Below are positions 14,850 through 28,837 of a DNA stretch of 64,000 nucleotides, in pieces. How positions within the stretch are numbered: the first letter of the stretch is position 1; every line of letters begins with the position of its first letter. This stretch comes from Octopus vulgaris (Eukaryota). Position numbers and translations under genes: made by a program. The notes under the pieces were generated by a model. That model did not search any database and was not told where the DNA came from. It was given only the letters and a program-made list of their open reading frames with translations. The stretch is taken from assembly GCA_951406725.2 (NCBI GenBank), contig OX597818.1, forward strand, positions 33,666,001 through 33,730,000, written 5' to 3'.

Positions 14850-15222
14850 GTATATTTATATATACGTAGGTATATGTGTGTGATGTGTGTGTGTGTGCAT
14901 ATGCATATGTATATACGTAAGTGAAATATGTATATTGATGATGATGTTAATGATGATGATGATCATCAACATCATCATCATCATCATCATCTTGTTTGTG
15001 GTTGTGATGATTCTGTTTCTTTTTTTTGTTCCTGCTTACATATGAATATCATTTCTCTAGTTGTAGGCAAAATTTTCTGAAGTTCTAACGAGCTTAAAAT
15101 TCATAGAATAAACTTCGGTAAATATAAATCAACCCTCATATTATTTTGGATTACTGAGGACGCAAGAGGGAGGTGTTGTTTGTGCGAGTTCCTCTGTGAT
15201 TAAGACAAAAGTAAGATGGATG

Positions 15223-15268
<46 letters not shown>

Positions 15269-15489
15269 TAGAGAGGAAGTGGAATTAAGAGACTAAGATG
15301 ATGAAAGGATGAGCAACGTATATATGTATTTATGTATGCATGTATATATATATGTATATATATATATGTATATATAACTGTTTATATGTATGCACACAAA
15401 TATGTGTGTTTATATATGTTTATATATATACGTATGTATGTATATGTGTATGTATATATATATGCACATATATATGTATGCATATATAT

Positions 15490-15521
<32 letters not shown>

Positions 15522-16586
15522 ATATATATATGTGTATATATATATGTGTATACATATATACACACACACACACACACATATACATACATTAATTATCTAT
15601 GTGCGCATGCTACATAGATACACATTCATACACACACACACACATATATACATGCAGAGTCTGAAATAAAGGGAAGAGTGCAGGAATGAAAGCGTAAATA
15701 TGAGAGTAAAGAAGGAAAATACAAAACACAAAATGGAAAGGATTCTGAGAAAATTAATCCGCTTTTTATATTGATCGAAGGTTCATAAAAAGAGCATGGA
15801 ACAAGGAGAGAGAGAGTGAGAGAGAGAGAGAGAGAGAGATAGTAGAAGGGAGATAGGAGTAAATAAGAGCGTGCGTATGAGTGCGTGTGTTGCCTGTAAA
15901 ATAATGAAAGTCAATTGGGCGATTCTAGTTAACTTTTATCAAATAACTAATCTCGCGGCATTTATTCGATGTATTTAAATCGTTTTTTGTTTTGCTTTCG
16001 CTTTTGGATTCCTTTTTTAAATACTTCTGAGTCAATCCTTAAACAAATTCCTAGTAAAAAAAATCATCAATCTCATCAACAGTTCTTTCAAAACACACGA
16101 ATATTTAATTGCCTACTAACTAGAAAAGGAAGGAACATTCCAAAAGTAGTCTTTCTCGCTGGTTACTAATCCATTCAGTCTTTTCTTTTATATGATTCTT
16201 CGCATTTCCGCTCTTATTTTTAAAATCTTTCCGCTCTGAATTTTAGTCTTTTACTTGTTGTTGTTGTTGTTATTGTTGTTGCTCAATTTGTTATGTAGAC
16301 CATGTTATTCTTGTAGTATTTTCTCTTATTTTTCCTTACTTTGTTCATTCTCCTTTCAATAAATTAGTAGAAATCTTTAGAAATGATGAAATGAAGTGCA
16401 TTACAATAGTTATATCAGATTGTATGCCAAAGAATATGTTATCTAATATATCCATTCCTTTTCATGTGAGACTATAGGCGGTAATTTGAGGAAGACTCGG
16501 CTGATATTTCTAGCAAACAGAGCTCCTGCACAACTACCCCTTTAGCTTGTGTTTACTAATACCAGTTCAATAGTAAGCTTTCATAA

Positions 16587-16795
16587 GGCGGCGAGCTGGC
16601 AGAATCGTTAGCACGCCGGGCGAAATGTTTAGCAGTATTTCGTCCGTCTTTACTTTCTGACTTCAAATTCTGCCGAAGTCGACTTTGCCTTCCATCCTTT
16701 TGGGAGTCGATAAATTAAGTACCAGTTGCGTACTGGAGTCGATCTAATCGACTGGCTCCTTTCCCAAAATTTCGTCCCTAGAGTAGAAACGAATA
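16587..16795 (+). mobile_element. SINE family D
   Basis: aaggcggcgagctggcagaatcgttagcacgccgggcgaaatg...ttcaaattc...gtcgataaattaagtaccag. Confidence 0.85.
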
Positions 16796-17159
16796 TTTGT
16801 TTTGTTCTTCGAATAGTCAGTAGTCAAATTCTGTTTAAATTCATTTTCTTTCTCCACATTCATCGAAAGTAAAGTCGGTGAAATGACTCATAGTGTTTTG
16901 AATATTGGTGCATGTGACCACTGATAAAATCTGGACTACTACCAGTCGACTAAGTAGTAACTATGGTATTTTTGTAGTTGAGAATCTAGGGGATCCTAAT
17001 CGAAGGGGCAAATAATCATAAGTACCGTGTGGGTTTATTCTTTTTATTTCACTTATAGTATACCTAAGAAAAGGTGCGATAGGTATGATTTTAAAATTTA
17101 GCTTCCAATTCTTATGGGTAGAGCAACTTCGAGAGAATCCATCGACTAATTTATATGCA

Positions 17160-17208
17160 TATAATAGTAATAACAACAATGATGATGATGATGATGATGA
17201 TGATAATG

Positions 17209-17298
<90 letters not shown>

Positions 17299-17315
17299 GT
17301 AATGATAATAATAAT
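17160..17315. repeat. (TGA)n/(TAA)n microsatellite
   Basis: Direct inspection. Confidence 0.95.
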
Positions 17316-18240
17316 AGGCCTTGAAGCGTACCTTAATGCAAGTGATGTGCTCTTACGAACTGCTCTGATGCATGAAGATTCCAAGCAAGCTTCAATCATG
17401 AATCTTAGTCAGAAATTTGAAATGTCTCTTGGCCTACAAGTTTACAATAAGAATGACCAAAGACATCCAAATACTGACAGACCTACCATTGCTTCTCCTG
17501 ATTTAGAAATTAATAATCAGAAAGACCTACGAGATCGAAATAGTGACAAACCTATCACCGACGCAAAAACATGTAAGAAAAAGCAAAGAAGGCTTGCATG
17601 AATAATATCGAAGAAACTGGAAAGGCAGACTTCCGTACGGAAAATATCCTAACCGCCTGTCCAGGCCAGATATTTATCAAAAGCTAACACATCAATGGCT
17701 ACAAGGAAAGGGAAAGGTCTGAAAGGAGAAACAGAAGGTTTTATTATTGCAGCACAAGATCAAAGCTAGCCTACCAGAAAATACCATGCAAAGCATCCTT
17801 AAAGACGGAACGGACCCCTCGGGCAGAATTTGCGGAAAGTTCATGGAGATAAATGATCGTGCTGTTTCTGGCTGTCCAGTCCTCGCTGAAAAGAAGTACC
17901 TCACCAGACATGACAGACTAGGGCAGTACATCCACTGGAATGTACTTGTAAGTATTACAAAATTAAAACCCATGGTCAGTGGTACAGGCACCATCCAGAG
18001 GATGTAGTAAATGGCGAGGGCGTCACCATCGTTTGGAACTTCCCAATACAAACAGACAGAAAAATTTACTCCAATCCACCAGACATTGTGATCAAGAACT
18101 ACAACAGAGGACCTTGTCAGTTAATAGATACGTTTGTTCCTCAAGATCAAAATGTCTCAAGGAAAGAATGCAAAAAGATCTCTGCCAAAGAATACGAAAA
18201 GATCTCTGCCAAAGAATACGAAAAGATCTCTGCCAAAGAG
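17316..18240 (+). mobile_element. RLE-type non-LTR retrotransposon (R4/Dong-like) ORF fragment
   Basis: HQWL...LKGETEGFIIAAQDQS, a degenerate CCHC knuckle (RICGK...VSGCPVLA), YLTRHDRLGQYIHW, and TIVWNFPIQTDRKIYSNPPDIVIK...LIDTFVPQDQNV. It abuts (TAA)n. Confidence 0.9.
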
Positions 18241-18815
18241 GAATGTATCTATCTTTGTGACTTTTAGCTTAGCCCACCAAACAGCCTCTTTCGCCACAAC
18301 CACCAAAGGAAAGCTGCTGTGCCTGTCCGGTTCATGAAGGGCGGTGATGCGATCATTTCTACAGACTCAACCGACAGACTGATCCATCCGACATAACTCC
18401 GCAAGTCAGCAATGCATGGACAATGAACGAGGATGTGCAGAACGGTTTCGCCACACTGCGCGTACCTCTGACAAGCCTGTCTGACAGCACATATGTGTCT
18501 GTAGAGTTATCTAGAACTGGTAGCGACACCTCCCCCGGTGGCACTGCCAGGCCAAAGACATCTGGAAATTCTCCATGTTAGTTCCCGACCGGAAAGTCCT
18601 CTGGAACACACTAACCTGTTCATTCTCGTCGGCGCCCAGAATCTTCCCGTGAACGTTTTTGCACTTCCCAGCCAGTAATCCTCTATACATTTCTACAGTG
18701 GAACATCCACCGATCCCATTGCCCGACTGGTAGAGTATTATGAACGCCTGATGACATTCTAAGAGCAAGGCGCCTAGTCTAGGTCTTTTCTTCACCCGTA
18801 ACTGCAGCTCCATCA
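18241..18815 (-). mobile_element. Tx1/L1-like LINE ORF2 C-terminal fragment
   Basis: Frameshifted RPRLGALLLECHQAF...EMYRGLL...NFQMSLAWQCHRG..LPV...HALLTC, resembling the zf-RVT region of L1/Tx1 ORF2. Confidence 0.65.
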
Positions 18816-18817
18816 AA

Positions 18818-19052
18818 AATAATAATAAAGATGATGATAAAGAGTATGAAGACTTGATCATTCACAAAGTATATTTTATAGCTATATATAGTATATATTA
18901 AAATGACCGACAATATTGCAAGGCTGCATTTGCAACAGTGCGTAGTCGCTACAGCGGAAACTCGAGTAGTAAGTCATTATAATATGCTGTATATAACTAT
19001 AAAATAAATATTGTTGATGTACAAGTCTCTATACCCTTTATTATTATTAATA
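18818..19052. mobile_element. Imperfect ~230-bp foldback (MITE-like)
   Basis: Arm ataaagagtatgaagacttg...tattttatagctatatatagtatatattaaaatgac pairs with gtcattataatatgctgtatataactataaaata...caagtctctataccctttattattatta. Confidence 0.65.
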
Positions 19053-20529
19053 TTAATATACAGTCTAGACAATTGTTACTGTTCAGCGAAGAGAACACGG
19101 AATTACCGATCGGAAGAATTCACGAAGTGACTAACAACTACTAACGTCTCTGACTATATTTAGATGTTTGGTGCTAATCGTTGTGGTTAGCCGTTAACTG
19201 GAAGTTATCTGGGAGCTAATATGGTATTCACCCGGATAATATATCCAGCTTCACTTATATATATCATGTATTAGGAGGCTGATTTACACTCTAAAGAGAA
19301 ATTGTACTCTTAGCTACATAAAATTGTAGAAGAGTTCGATACGTTTATTTTAAGTGAGAAATAAAGTAATATTTCGGTTCTTTATCCTTCGTCTCTAAGT
19401 GACAAAGAAAGAGAGACAGAGACATAGAGACAAACAATGAGAGAGAGAAACAATGTGTGTGCGCGCGCGTGTGCATGTGTATTGAGGAGAAAGTGAAAGA
19501 GAAATAGCGAGAGAGAGAGATTGTAGTGATGCCGATTTCTTTCGCTGATAACTTCGAATTTAGCATTTCGTGAGTGCTTGAACCCTGGACGATGATTCTA
19601 CTTTCAACTCTTAATATTGCTTCAAGAGTGCTCTATACATGATAACGTTACTTTTTTCCGTGAATTTTATTTTAATTTTCTTTCAAAATATTTTGTCCTC
19701 TTCTTTAAATTTTCATTCTTTTCCATTTCCTTTTCCTAGCTATTCTTTTCCTTGCTATTCTTTCTTTCTCCTTTTATTTCTAGCGTCTCTTCTCTCCCCC
19801 TCCTTTGCATAATTTTTTTTACTATTTTTCTCGTTTCCTATCATTCTTTCTCTTTGATGAAATTTAATTTCAGTTATATCTACCACTCTCACTTCAATAC
19901 TTTTTTTCCGTATCACATTCATGTTTTCCTTTCCCCTTCTCATTTTATTATTTTCTTCTCCAATTCCTCTATTTTTCCCAGCACCCATTTTCTCTTCCCT
20001 TTTCTCTGTTTCCTTCTATCTTTTTAATGCCTACCTCTCCCTTCATCTCCTTACATGATTATTAGAACACAAGAGTTTTCTTCTCCTAATTCTCTACCAT
20101 TTCTTCAAATTCACCCCCTCTCTCACTCTCTTACACACACACCCACTCTTTAACGTTTTTTTTTCTTTTGTGGAATTCTCACTCCCTCACCATCTTTCTA
20201 TTTTTAAACTCCCCTGGTTTTTCAACTTTGGAATCGAGTCATTTACTTGTCAACAACATCTAAAGATTACCAATCGAGAAATGTCAGGATAGCAACCATT
20301 TTAATGCCACATCACTGGATCGATATCAAAGATAACAAAAATAGCAACAACATCCCTTCACATCTCTAGGAGTTGACTATTTGATCATAATAATGGCGCG
20401 CTTAACTTTTAAACTCAGATACACCGCGATAAAACAGACAAACGATGAGCGGCGTCATGCGCGCAGCTAGAGTGTCTTACAAACAAGTTCTAGCCGTGCC
20501 TAATACAGTTTCTAGTATATATTCGTTTC

Positions 20530-20810
20530 AAATTTCATTCTTTTATGCACTTTAGCTCAAAAGCTTTGCCCATGCTGGGGTACCGCCAGTATATCATCTT
20601 TTCAATGGCCGTTGTCTTGTAATTGGCTTTTGGTGAAAGGATATTTCTCCACTTTTTTGAGCTTCTTTCCATGATGAAGGTTCATCTGGGGTCATGGAGA
20701 TTTGAATATCAAGTTTTGTCTTGAAAGCAACTTCCACCACTCAATATGTATCTCTCAGATTTTCCGGCATGATTTTAAATGATTATTGAAGTATCTAGAT
20801 CCTACTCTAT
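20530..20810 (-). mobile_element. CR1/L2-type LINE 3' end fragment
   Basis: The minus strand encodes MPENLRD...AFKTKLDIQISMTPDEPSS, followed by the tail ggcggtaccccagcatgg...aaaagaatg. Same family as 43165-43690. Confidence 0.7.
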
Positions 20811-21312
20811 ACGGGATGGGTGAGACAATTGGAACAGTGCAGTAGTGACGTGGTGTCAACCACTATATATATAGTCAATCCAAACATGAACAAGCAAGAA
20901 GAAACAACAACGCGAGGACGTGCAATAAGTAAAGTGTTATTGGACGCTCAGGAAAGGAAAGGAAAGAAAAGAAAGAGGATTTCACGCTTTGAGCAGAGCT
21001 CTTCGCCAGAAATATAGAAAATGTCCAAAGAAGGGAAGACGGAGAAAAAAAATCACCAACGATACACACGCAGTCTCCGAATTCTATATTTTTATGCAGA
21101 TGAAGATTGCTCTACATTTTAAAATTGATGTAATATTTGCAAATTTCAATTAAATGGAGTAGCATGAAACGATCGTACTGCATTACCTCTGGATCTCCTT
21201 CTTGCTTATTTTGACTATAATCACCTCATTTTGAATCATATGGATAATACCATAGCAAATTCTGGTGCTTTTAACTTAAGTACCATATTCAACAGAATCT
21301 AAATTTTACTGG

Positions 21313-21366
<54 letters not shown>

Positions 21367-22155
21367 TATTATAAAAGGCAGATTTTATCTGCCTCCCTTT
21401 GGGAGTTATACAAATCTACAATATAGGATTTCTTCAATTACAATTTACCTAGCAATTTTAAGAGTACAATGCATCGCGTCATGCCAGCTCCAGTTTTTAA
21501 AATTTAAACTCCAATTAAGCAAAATTTACAGAAAACTCACATTCTGGTGTGTGTGTCAAATGCTTTTCTTAGTCTGGTTTACAGCACACGCAAACGCACA
21601 CACACACTGTGTAACGAATAAAATGAAACTAGATGTAATATTTGTTGCTGTCCATGAACGCTGATAGATACACGAGTAAAATGTATGGGAAGCTAACAAA
21701 TAAGAGTGAGTGAAAATGTTCTTGGAAGAGAGTAAATTTGAAGCTTGAGAACAATCAGATACATTTGCAACACATCTGTTGAAAATATTATTATTCACAC
21801 ACATACATATACATATATACATACAGACAGACAGACAGATAGACACACACACACACACACACATGATCCAGCATGGCCACAACCTCAAGGCTGAAACATA
21901 TAAAAGAATAACAGAATATAAATGTGTGCATGTGTGTGAGAGAGAGAGTGTGTGTGTATATGTATGTATGTATGTATGTATATATATATAATAATGCGGT
22001 TTTTTCAACAGCTTGAACTAAAAGTCAGAGGGGAATGGGATAAACTACTTATATTAACTTGCTATAAAAGCAGGTAGTAATTTTATCTTGTCCTTATTCA
22101 TAGTGCAAGTTTTGAAGAGTGCATTTCGATTTTAACAGCTATTTTTTTCAAAGCT

Positions 22156-22580
22156 ATGTTGGAAGTAACAAAGGAGCATATTTGGCATATTTTGCTTTAT
22201 GAGTTCAATAAAGACAACAACGCAACGGAAAGTACAAGAAATATTAATGCAGTATATGGGGATTGGACAATAAGCGTAAGGCAGTGTCAATGGTGGTTCC
22301 AGAAATTCCGAGCCATAAACTACAGCCTAGAAGACGAGCCTCATCCTGAAAGATCTGTAGAACTCGACAAGGACATCCTGAAAACCCTGGTGGAACAAAA
22401 TCTCATCGTAACTGTTGAGGAACTAGCAGAGAAGCTTGGATTTGGTCATTCAACCATTCATTGAGACCTGTGTGCTATCGGAAAAGTCAGCAAATTGGGT
22501 CAATGGGTTCCTCACGAACTTTCCGAGTCTAATTGCATGCAGAGAGTGAATGTATGCTTTTCTTTGCTGTCACATCTCAC
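22156..22580 (+). pseudogene. mariner (Mos1/Hsmar-like) transposase N-terminal fragment
   Basis: HILLYEFNK...INAVYG..TIS.RQCQWWFQKFR...SLEDEP...TVEELAEKLG..HSTIH*..GKVSKLGQWVPHEL, i.e. an HTH plus the WVPHEL linker. Confidence 0.92.
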
Positions 22581-22599
22581 CACTACTGCGCTATGTATA

Positions 22600-23235
22600 T
22601 CTATATATATAAAACTGTAGTTGTGTGAGTGTCTGTCCCCTTCGATTTAGATTCCTAACTACTCCCACATTTTGCGGTGCAGTTTAACCAAATTCGGGTA
22701 GCTTATAGTCGTGATTCATATCGAGCCCGTCTGAGTATTAGCGCGCGTCTACGATGAGTCTACGATTTTAAAAATAATTTAACATCATTTTTTATTCCAT
22801 TTTAATGCATAATTTTTCGTGTGTCGATGGCGGTGGAGTTGGCGTCCACGCTCACACCTGCACCTGTGGGGAAGGGAGTGTAAGGAAATCAACGTCGTAA
22901 TGCGTTGTCAAGGAGACCAGCGTTCTTTTAGAACAACGACTTCATGGCTTGAAGACACCAAAACAGAAATGGCTAAGAAAGCGTCTACATGAGTCTACGA
23001 TTTAAAAAAAAATTTACCATCGTTTTTTTTCCATTTTAATGCATTTTTTCGCTATTATATAAGGGAAGTAACTCTCTAAAAATGTCTACGATGAGTCAAC
23101 GATTTAAAAAAAATTTACCATCATATTTTTTCCATTTTTAATGCATTTTTTGCTATTTTTTGGCTATAACTCTCTAAAAATGCTTATATAGTTATTTCCC
23201 TTACAAACCCGAGCAACGCCGGGCGATACTGCTAG
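22600..23235 (+). mobile_element. Non-autonomous Helitron module
   Basis: Starts A|TC and ends cccgagcaacgccggg...CTAG, with internal ctacgatgagtctacgatttaaaa repeats. Confidence 0.85.
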
Positions 23236-23695
23236 TCTTATTATAAAAGGCAGATTTTATCTGCCTCCCTTTGGGAGTTATACAAATCTACAATATAGGA
23301 TTTCTTCAATTACAATTTACCTAGCATTTTGAGAGTACAATGCATCGCGTCATGCCAGGTCCAGTTTTTAAAATTTAAACTCCAATTAAGCAAAATTTAC
23401 AGAAAACTCACATTCTGGTGTGTGTGTCAAATGCTTTTCTTAGTCTGGTTTACACCACACGCAAACGCACACACACAGTGGGCAACGAATAAAATGAAAG
23501 TAAATAGCGACAGAGTGATTTGAGGAAGACTAAAGTGAAAGTATTCTGTCTATGACGCTGATAGATACATGAGTAAAATGTATGGGAAGCTAAGAGCTAA
23601 GAGTGAGTGAAAATGTTCTTGGAAGAGAGTAATTAGTAATAAAGTAAACATACACTCATACATACATACATACATACATACATACATACATACAT

Positions 23696-23726
<31 letters not shown>

Positions 23727-24041
23727 TACACACACACATACATACACACACACATACATACATACATACATATACATACATACATACATACATACATACA
23801 TACATACATACACACACACACATACACACACACACATACACACAGTATTGAAGCTTGAGAACAATCAGATACATTTGCAACACATCTGTTGAAAATATTA
23901 TTGTTCACACACATACATATACATATATACATACAGACAGACAGACAGATAGACACACACACACACACACACACATGATCCAGCATGGCCACAACCTCAA
24001 GGCTGAAACATATAAAAGAATAACAGAATATAAATGTGTGC

Positions 24042-24392
24042 AAAGTACAAGAAATATTAATGCAGTATATGGGGATTGGACAATAAGCGTAAGGCAGTGT
24101 CAATGGTGGTTCCAGAAATCCCGAGCCATAAACTACAGCCTAGAAGACGAGCCTCATCCTGAAAGATCTGTAGAACTCGACAAGGACATCCTGAAAACCC
24201 TGGTGGAACAAAATATCATCGTAACTGTTGAGGAACTAGCAGAGAAGCTTGGATTTGGTCATTCAACCATTCATTGACACCTGTGTGCTATCGGAAAAGT
24301 CAGCAAATTGGGTCAATGGGTTCCTCACGAACTTTCCGAGTCTAATTGCATGCAGAGAGTGAATGTATGCTTTTCTTTGCTGTCATATCTCA
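24042..24392 (+). pseudogene. Second copy of the mariner transposase fragment (5'-deleted)
   Basis: Near-identical to 22230-22580, including WVPHEL. Confidence 0.9.
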
Positions 24393-24412
24393 CCACTACT
24401 GCGCTATGTATA

Positions 24413-25049
24413 TCTATATATATAAAACTGTAGTTGTGTGAGTGTCTGTCCCCTTCGATTTAGATTCCTAACTACTCCCACATTTTGCGGTACAGTTTAA
24501 CCAAATTCGGGTAGCTTATAGTCGTGATTCATATCGAGCCCGTCTGAATATTAGCGCGCGTCTACGATGAGTCTACGATTTTAAAAATAATTTAACATCA
24601 TTTTTTATTCCATTTTAATGCATAATTTTTCGTGTGTCGATGGCGGCGGAGTTGGCGTCCACGCTCACACCTGCACCTGTGGGGAAGGGAGTGTAAGGAA
24701 ATCAACGTCGTAATGCGTTGTCAAGGAGACCAGTGTTCTTTTAGAACAACGACTTCATGGCTTGAAGACACCAAAACAGAAATGGCTAAGAAAGCGTCTA
24801 CATGAGTCTACGATTTAAAAAAAAATTTACCATCGTTTTTTTTCCATTTTAATGCATTTTTTCGCTATTATATAAGGGAAGTAACTCTCTAAAAATGTCT
24901 ACGATGAGTCAACGATTTTTTAAAAAATTTACCATCATATTTTTTCCATTTTTAATGCATTTTTTGCTATTTTTTTGCTATAACTCTCTAAAAATGCTTA
25001 TATAGTTATTTCCCTTACAAACCCGAGCAACGCCGGGCGATACTGCTAG
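24413..25049 (+). mobile_element. Non-autonomous Helitron module (duplicate)
   Basis: Copy of 22600-23235. Confidence 0.85.
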
Positions 25050-26215
25050 TCTTATTATAAAAGGCAGATTTTATCTGCCTCCCTTTGGGAGTTATACAAA
25101 TCTACAATATAGGATTTCTTCAATTACAGTTTACCTGGCATTTTTGAGAGTACAATGCATCGCGTCATGCCAGGTCCAGTTTTTAAAATTTAAACTCCAA
25201 TTAAGCAAAATTTACAGAAAACTCACATTCTGGTGTGTGTGTCAAATGCTTTTCTTAGTCTGGTTTACACCACACGCAAACGCACACACACAGTGGGCAA
25301 CGAATAAAATGAAAGTAAATAGCGACAGAGTGATTTGAGGAAGCCTAAACTGAAAGTAATTAAACCACTACTCAAAAAATAAAAAAACACAGCAAACAGA
25401 AACAAATAAATACATAACCATTTAGTCCTCACACAATTTCTTCAATTAGAATTTACCTAAGATTTTTCAAAGTACTCCATTCGCTCATGCCATAATATAT
25501 TTCTTTCAATTTCACCCCAATTAAGACAAAATTCGAGAAAACTCAATATTTTAACATATCACTCCGAAAGCATTGATGTACATGTGTGCTTGCGAGAGTG
25601 TGTGTGTGTCATTCCTCACACACACGCATACACATACATATACAACTACATACAACTACATACACATACAACTACATACAAACACGTGTGTGTTTGTTAT
25701 TAGTAAAAAAGGCGCAAAAACACAACTCACTTATCATTCCAACACATTTGCAAAGACACACGGAGGACAGAAAAGGTAAATTGGTTTTTATTTTACTCTG
25801 TATATATTTTATTATATAATATTATATATAGATATATGTATACATAATTGCAGTATGAAACAGTGTTTATGTATAAACAGACGACACTTATATATAGTTA
25901 CCAAGCCGCCCGAATTTACCTATTCATATTTAAATGAGAATATCAGAGCAAATCTCTTTAGTACATTCGTGAAAACACGTATTATACTTCGTAAACACTT
26001 CAACTACAGTTTTGTACAAAAATCGAAGTGTAATTTTAATTCCGTGAATTATGGGAGATTTTTTTCCGAAATTCGTTCCTATTGTGTTTTCAAAATTTGT
26101 AATTCTGACAAAAAATGGATACGAATTTCATTATATCAAGCAGCGAGTCAGAATTCGAAGGATTTTCTACTGAAGACCTTCATAAATCTAACTCTATGAC
26201 TGAAAAAAAAAAGCA

Positions 26216-26598
26216 TCTTTATATAAGAGTGAAGTTGTGTGTCTGTCTCCTACGATTTCGATTCCTAACTACTCCCACATTTTGCGGTGCAGTTTAACCA
26301 AAAGCGGGTATCTTATAGTCGTGATTCATATCGAGCCCTTCTGGGTATTAGCGTGCGTCTACGATGAGTCTACGATTTAAAAAAAATTTACCATCATATT
26401 TTTCCATTTTAATGCATTTTTTTCGCTTTTATATAAGGGAAGTAACTCTCTAAAAATATCTACGATGTGTCAACGATTTAAAAAATATTTACCTTAATTT
26501 TTTTTCAATTTTTAATGCATTTTTTGGCTATAACTCTCTAAAAATGCTTATATAGTTATTTCCCTTACAACCCGAGCAACGCCGGGCGATACTGCTAG
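26216..26598 (+). mobile_element. Non-autonomous Helitron (shorter relative)
   Basis: A|TC start, hairpin and CTAG|T end, same family. Confidence 0.85.
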
Positions 26599-27084
26599 TA
26601 TATATATAAACGTCAAAGTGTCTGTCTGTGTGCGTGTGTGTGTGTGTCCTTTATACAAATTCAAAATTTTTCAGTTAGAGGGCTCGCACTTTCTATGGTC
26701 ATTCAAAACCGTCCAAGGGTCGTCGTGCACATCTTTACATTTCCCCAGTCACCCCGCGAAGCCATTAAACAATCAATAGAAGTGACACTTTTGTGAATTT
26801 GCTATCCAAAACCCAATCAAAATGCTCGAAATTTGATACGCCAATTGAATGCCAGCTAGCTGTATGTGATTTATCGGAGATTTGGACAGTACTCGCGTGT
26901 ATGTACGCACGCATGCAGCTGTGTATGCATGCACTAGCATGCTTCCTTCTCTGATTTTCGCGTTTCTTTTCTCATTCAATTTTAGTTCGTTAAAATATGT
27001 AGTTTGTGTCTGATGAACATGTTTGGGGTATTTTTCAACAAATGAAACTATTAGCAAGCACATAAAAATGTATTGTGTCTATTA

Positions 27085-27129
<45 letters not shown>

Positions 27130-27979
27130 TTTTCAAATTAGGTTGGTAGGGATATGCAGTCCTAGCGGTTACCGTATTAGTTTTTACAGGTTATTAATAC
27201 TGGCTAACTTCAGTGAGCGTAGGAAAACTCCAGTTTGTTTATTTTACTATCCACAGAAGATTTTCACATCGGTAAATCCATATGTCTCTATAGGGACTTC
27301 CTGTTGTCGGTAGAGAAGAAGTAATAAATAAATGATAAGGAGATGAGAGATTTATATATCCAGAAATGGAATGACGTGGTTGACAACATCTCCTTATTTT
27401 ATATGTATATGTGTATATGTATATACACATACAGTAATTTTTTTTCCTCTGTCTTCCCATCTCGGGATCTTTCCTTCTCCTTTGTTTCCGACGAAGAGCT
27501 CCGCTCGAAACGTTAAACCCTCCTTCTTCCCTTCTTTCCTGAGCGTCCAATAATACTTTATTTGCTCCACGTCCTCGCGTTGCTGTGTTTTTATTTCGTG
27601 TTTTCTTGTTTGGATTAACTATACATATATATATATATATTATTATTTAAAGATATAATTTTGCGTAATTTAAGGGAAGATTAACTGTTGTTCCTAACTT
27701 GAAAAGCAACTACATACACTGTTGTAAATGCATGCTAGTAATGCTGTAGGAGTGCTTAATGATACTGCAATGATGATGTAGTTACTGTGGATGTTATTCT
27801 TATGGTTGCTGATCTAAAGATACTTAACGATGTTTACTTGTTTACCTGCCTGCTAATGATGTACTGCTGTCGTAATAACTTTTGCTGTTTTTATGGCATC
27901 TGATTCTTTCCATTTTTTTTTTCCGATCAGTGAAATTGATAGATTTTGATGCGGTGTTAAAAATTATACCAGCATTGCA

Positions 27980-28197
<218 letters not shown>

Positions 28198-28319
28198 TTT
28201 TGTTGTTATTGGTGCTATTGCTATTGGTGTTGCTGATGTCGAAGCTACTGCTTCTGCGGCTATGGCAACAATGTCATATCGCCACATTTTTTTGGTGCGT
28301 AACACAGGCACATACGCAC

Positions 28320-28837
<518 letters not shown>

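Larger units (their letters stand above)
21362..25049 (+). repeat. Head-to-tail duplication of a ~1.8-kb composite Helitron unit (21362-23235; 23236-25049), followed by a third 5' module at 25050
   Basis: Each unit starts tcttattataaaaggcag and ends hairpin-CTAG. Junctions are CTAG|TC at 23235/23236 and 25049/25050, and the internal sequence is near-identical. Confidence 0.9.

Noticed and set aside
15880-16450. Unique-looking stretch that might be a host promoter or UTR exon (similarly 19500-19700 and 58250-60950)
   Set aside because: I could identify no ORF homology, splice-supported exon or diagnostic motif without transcript data.
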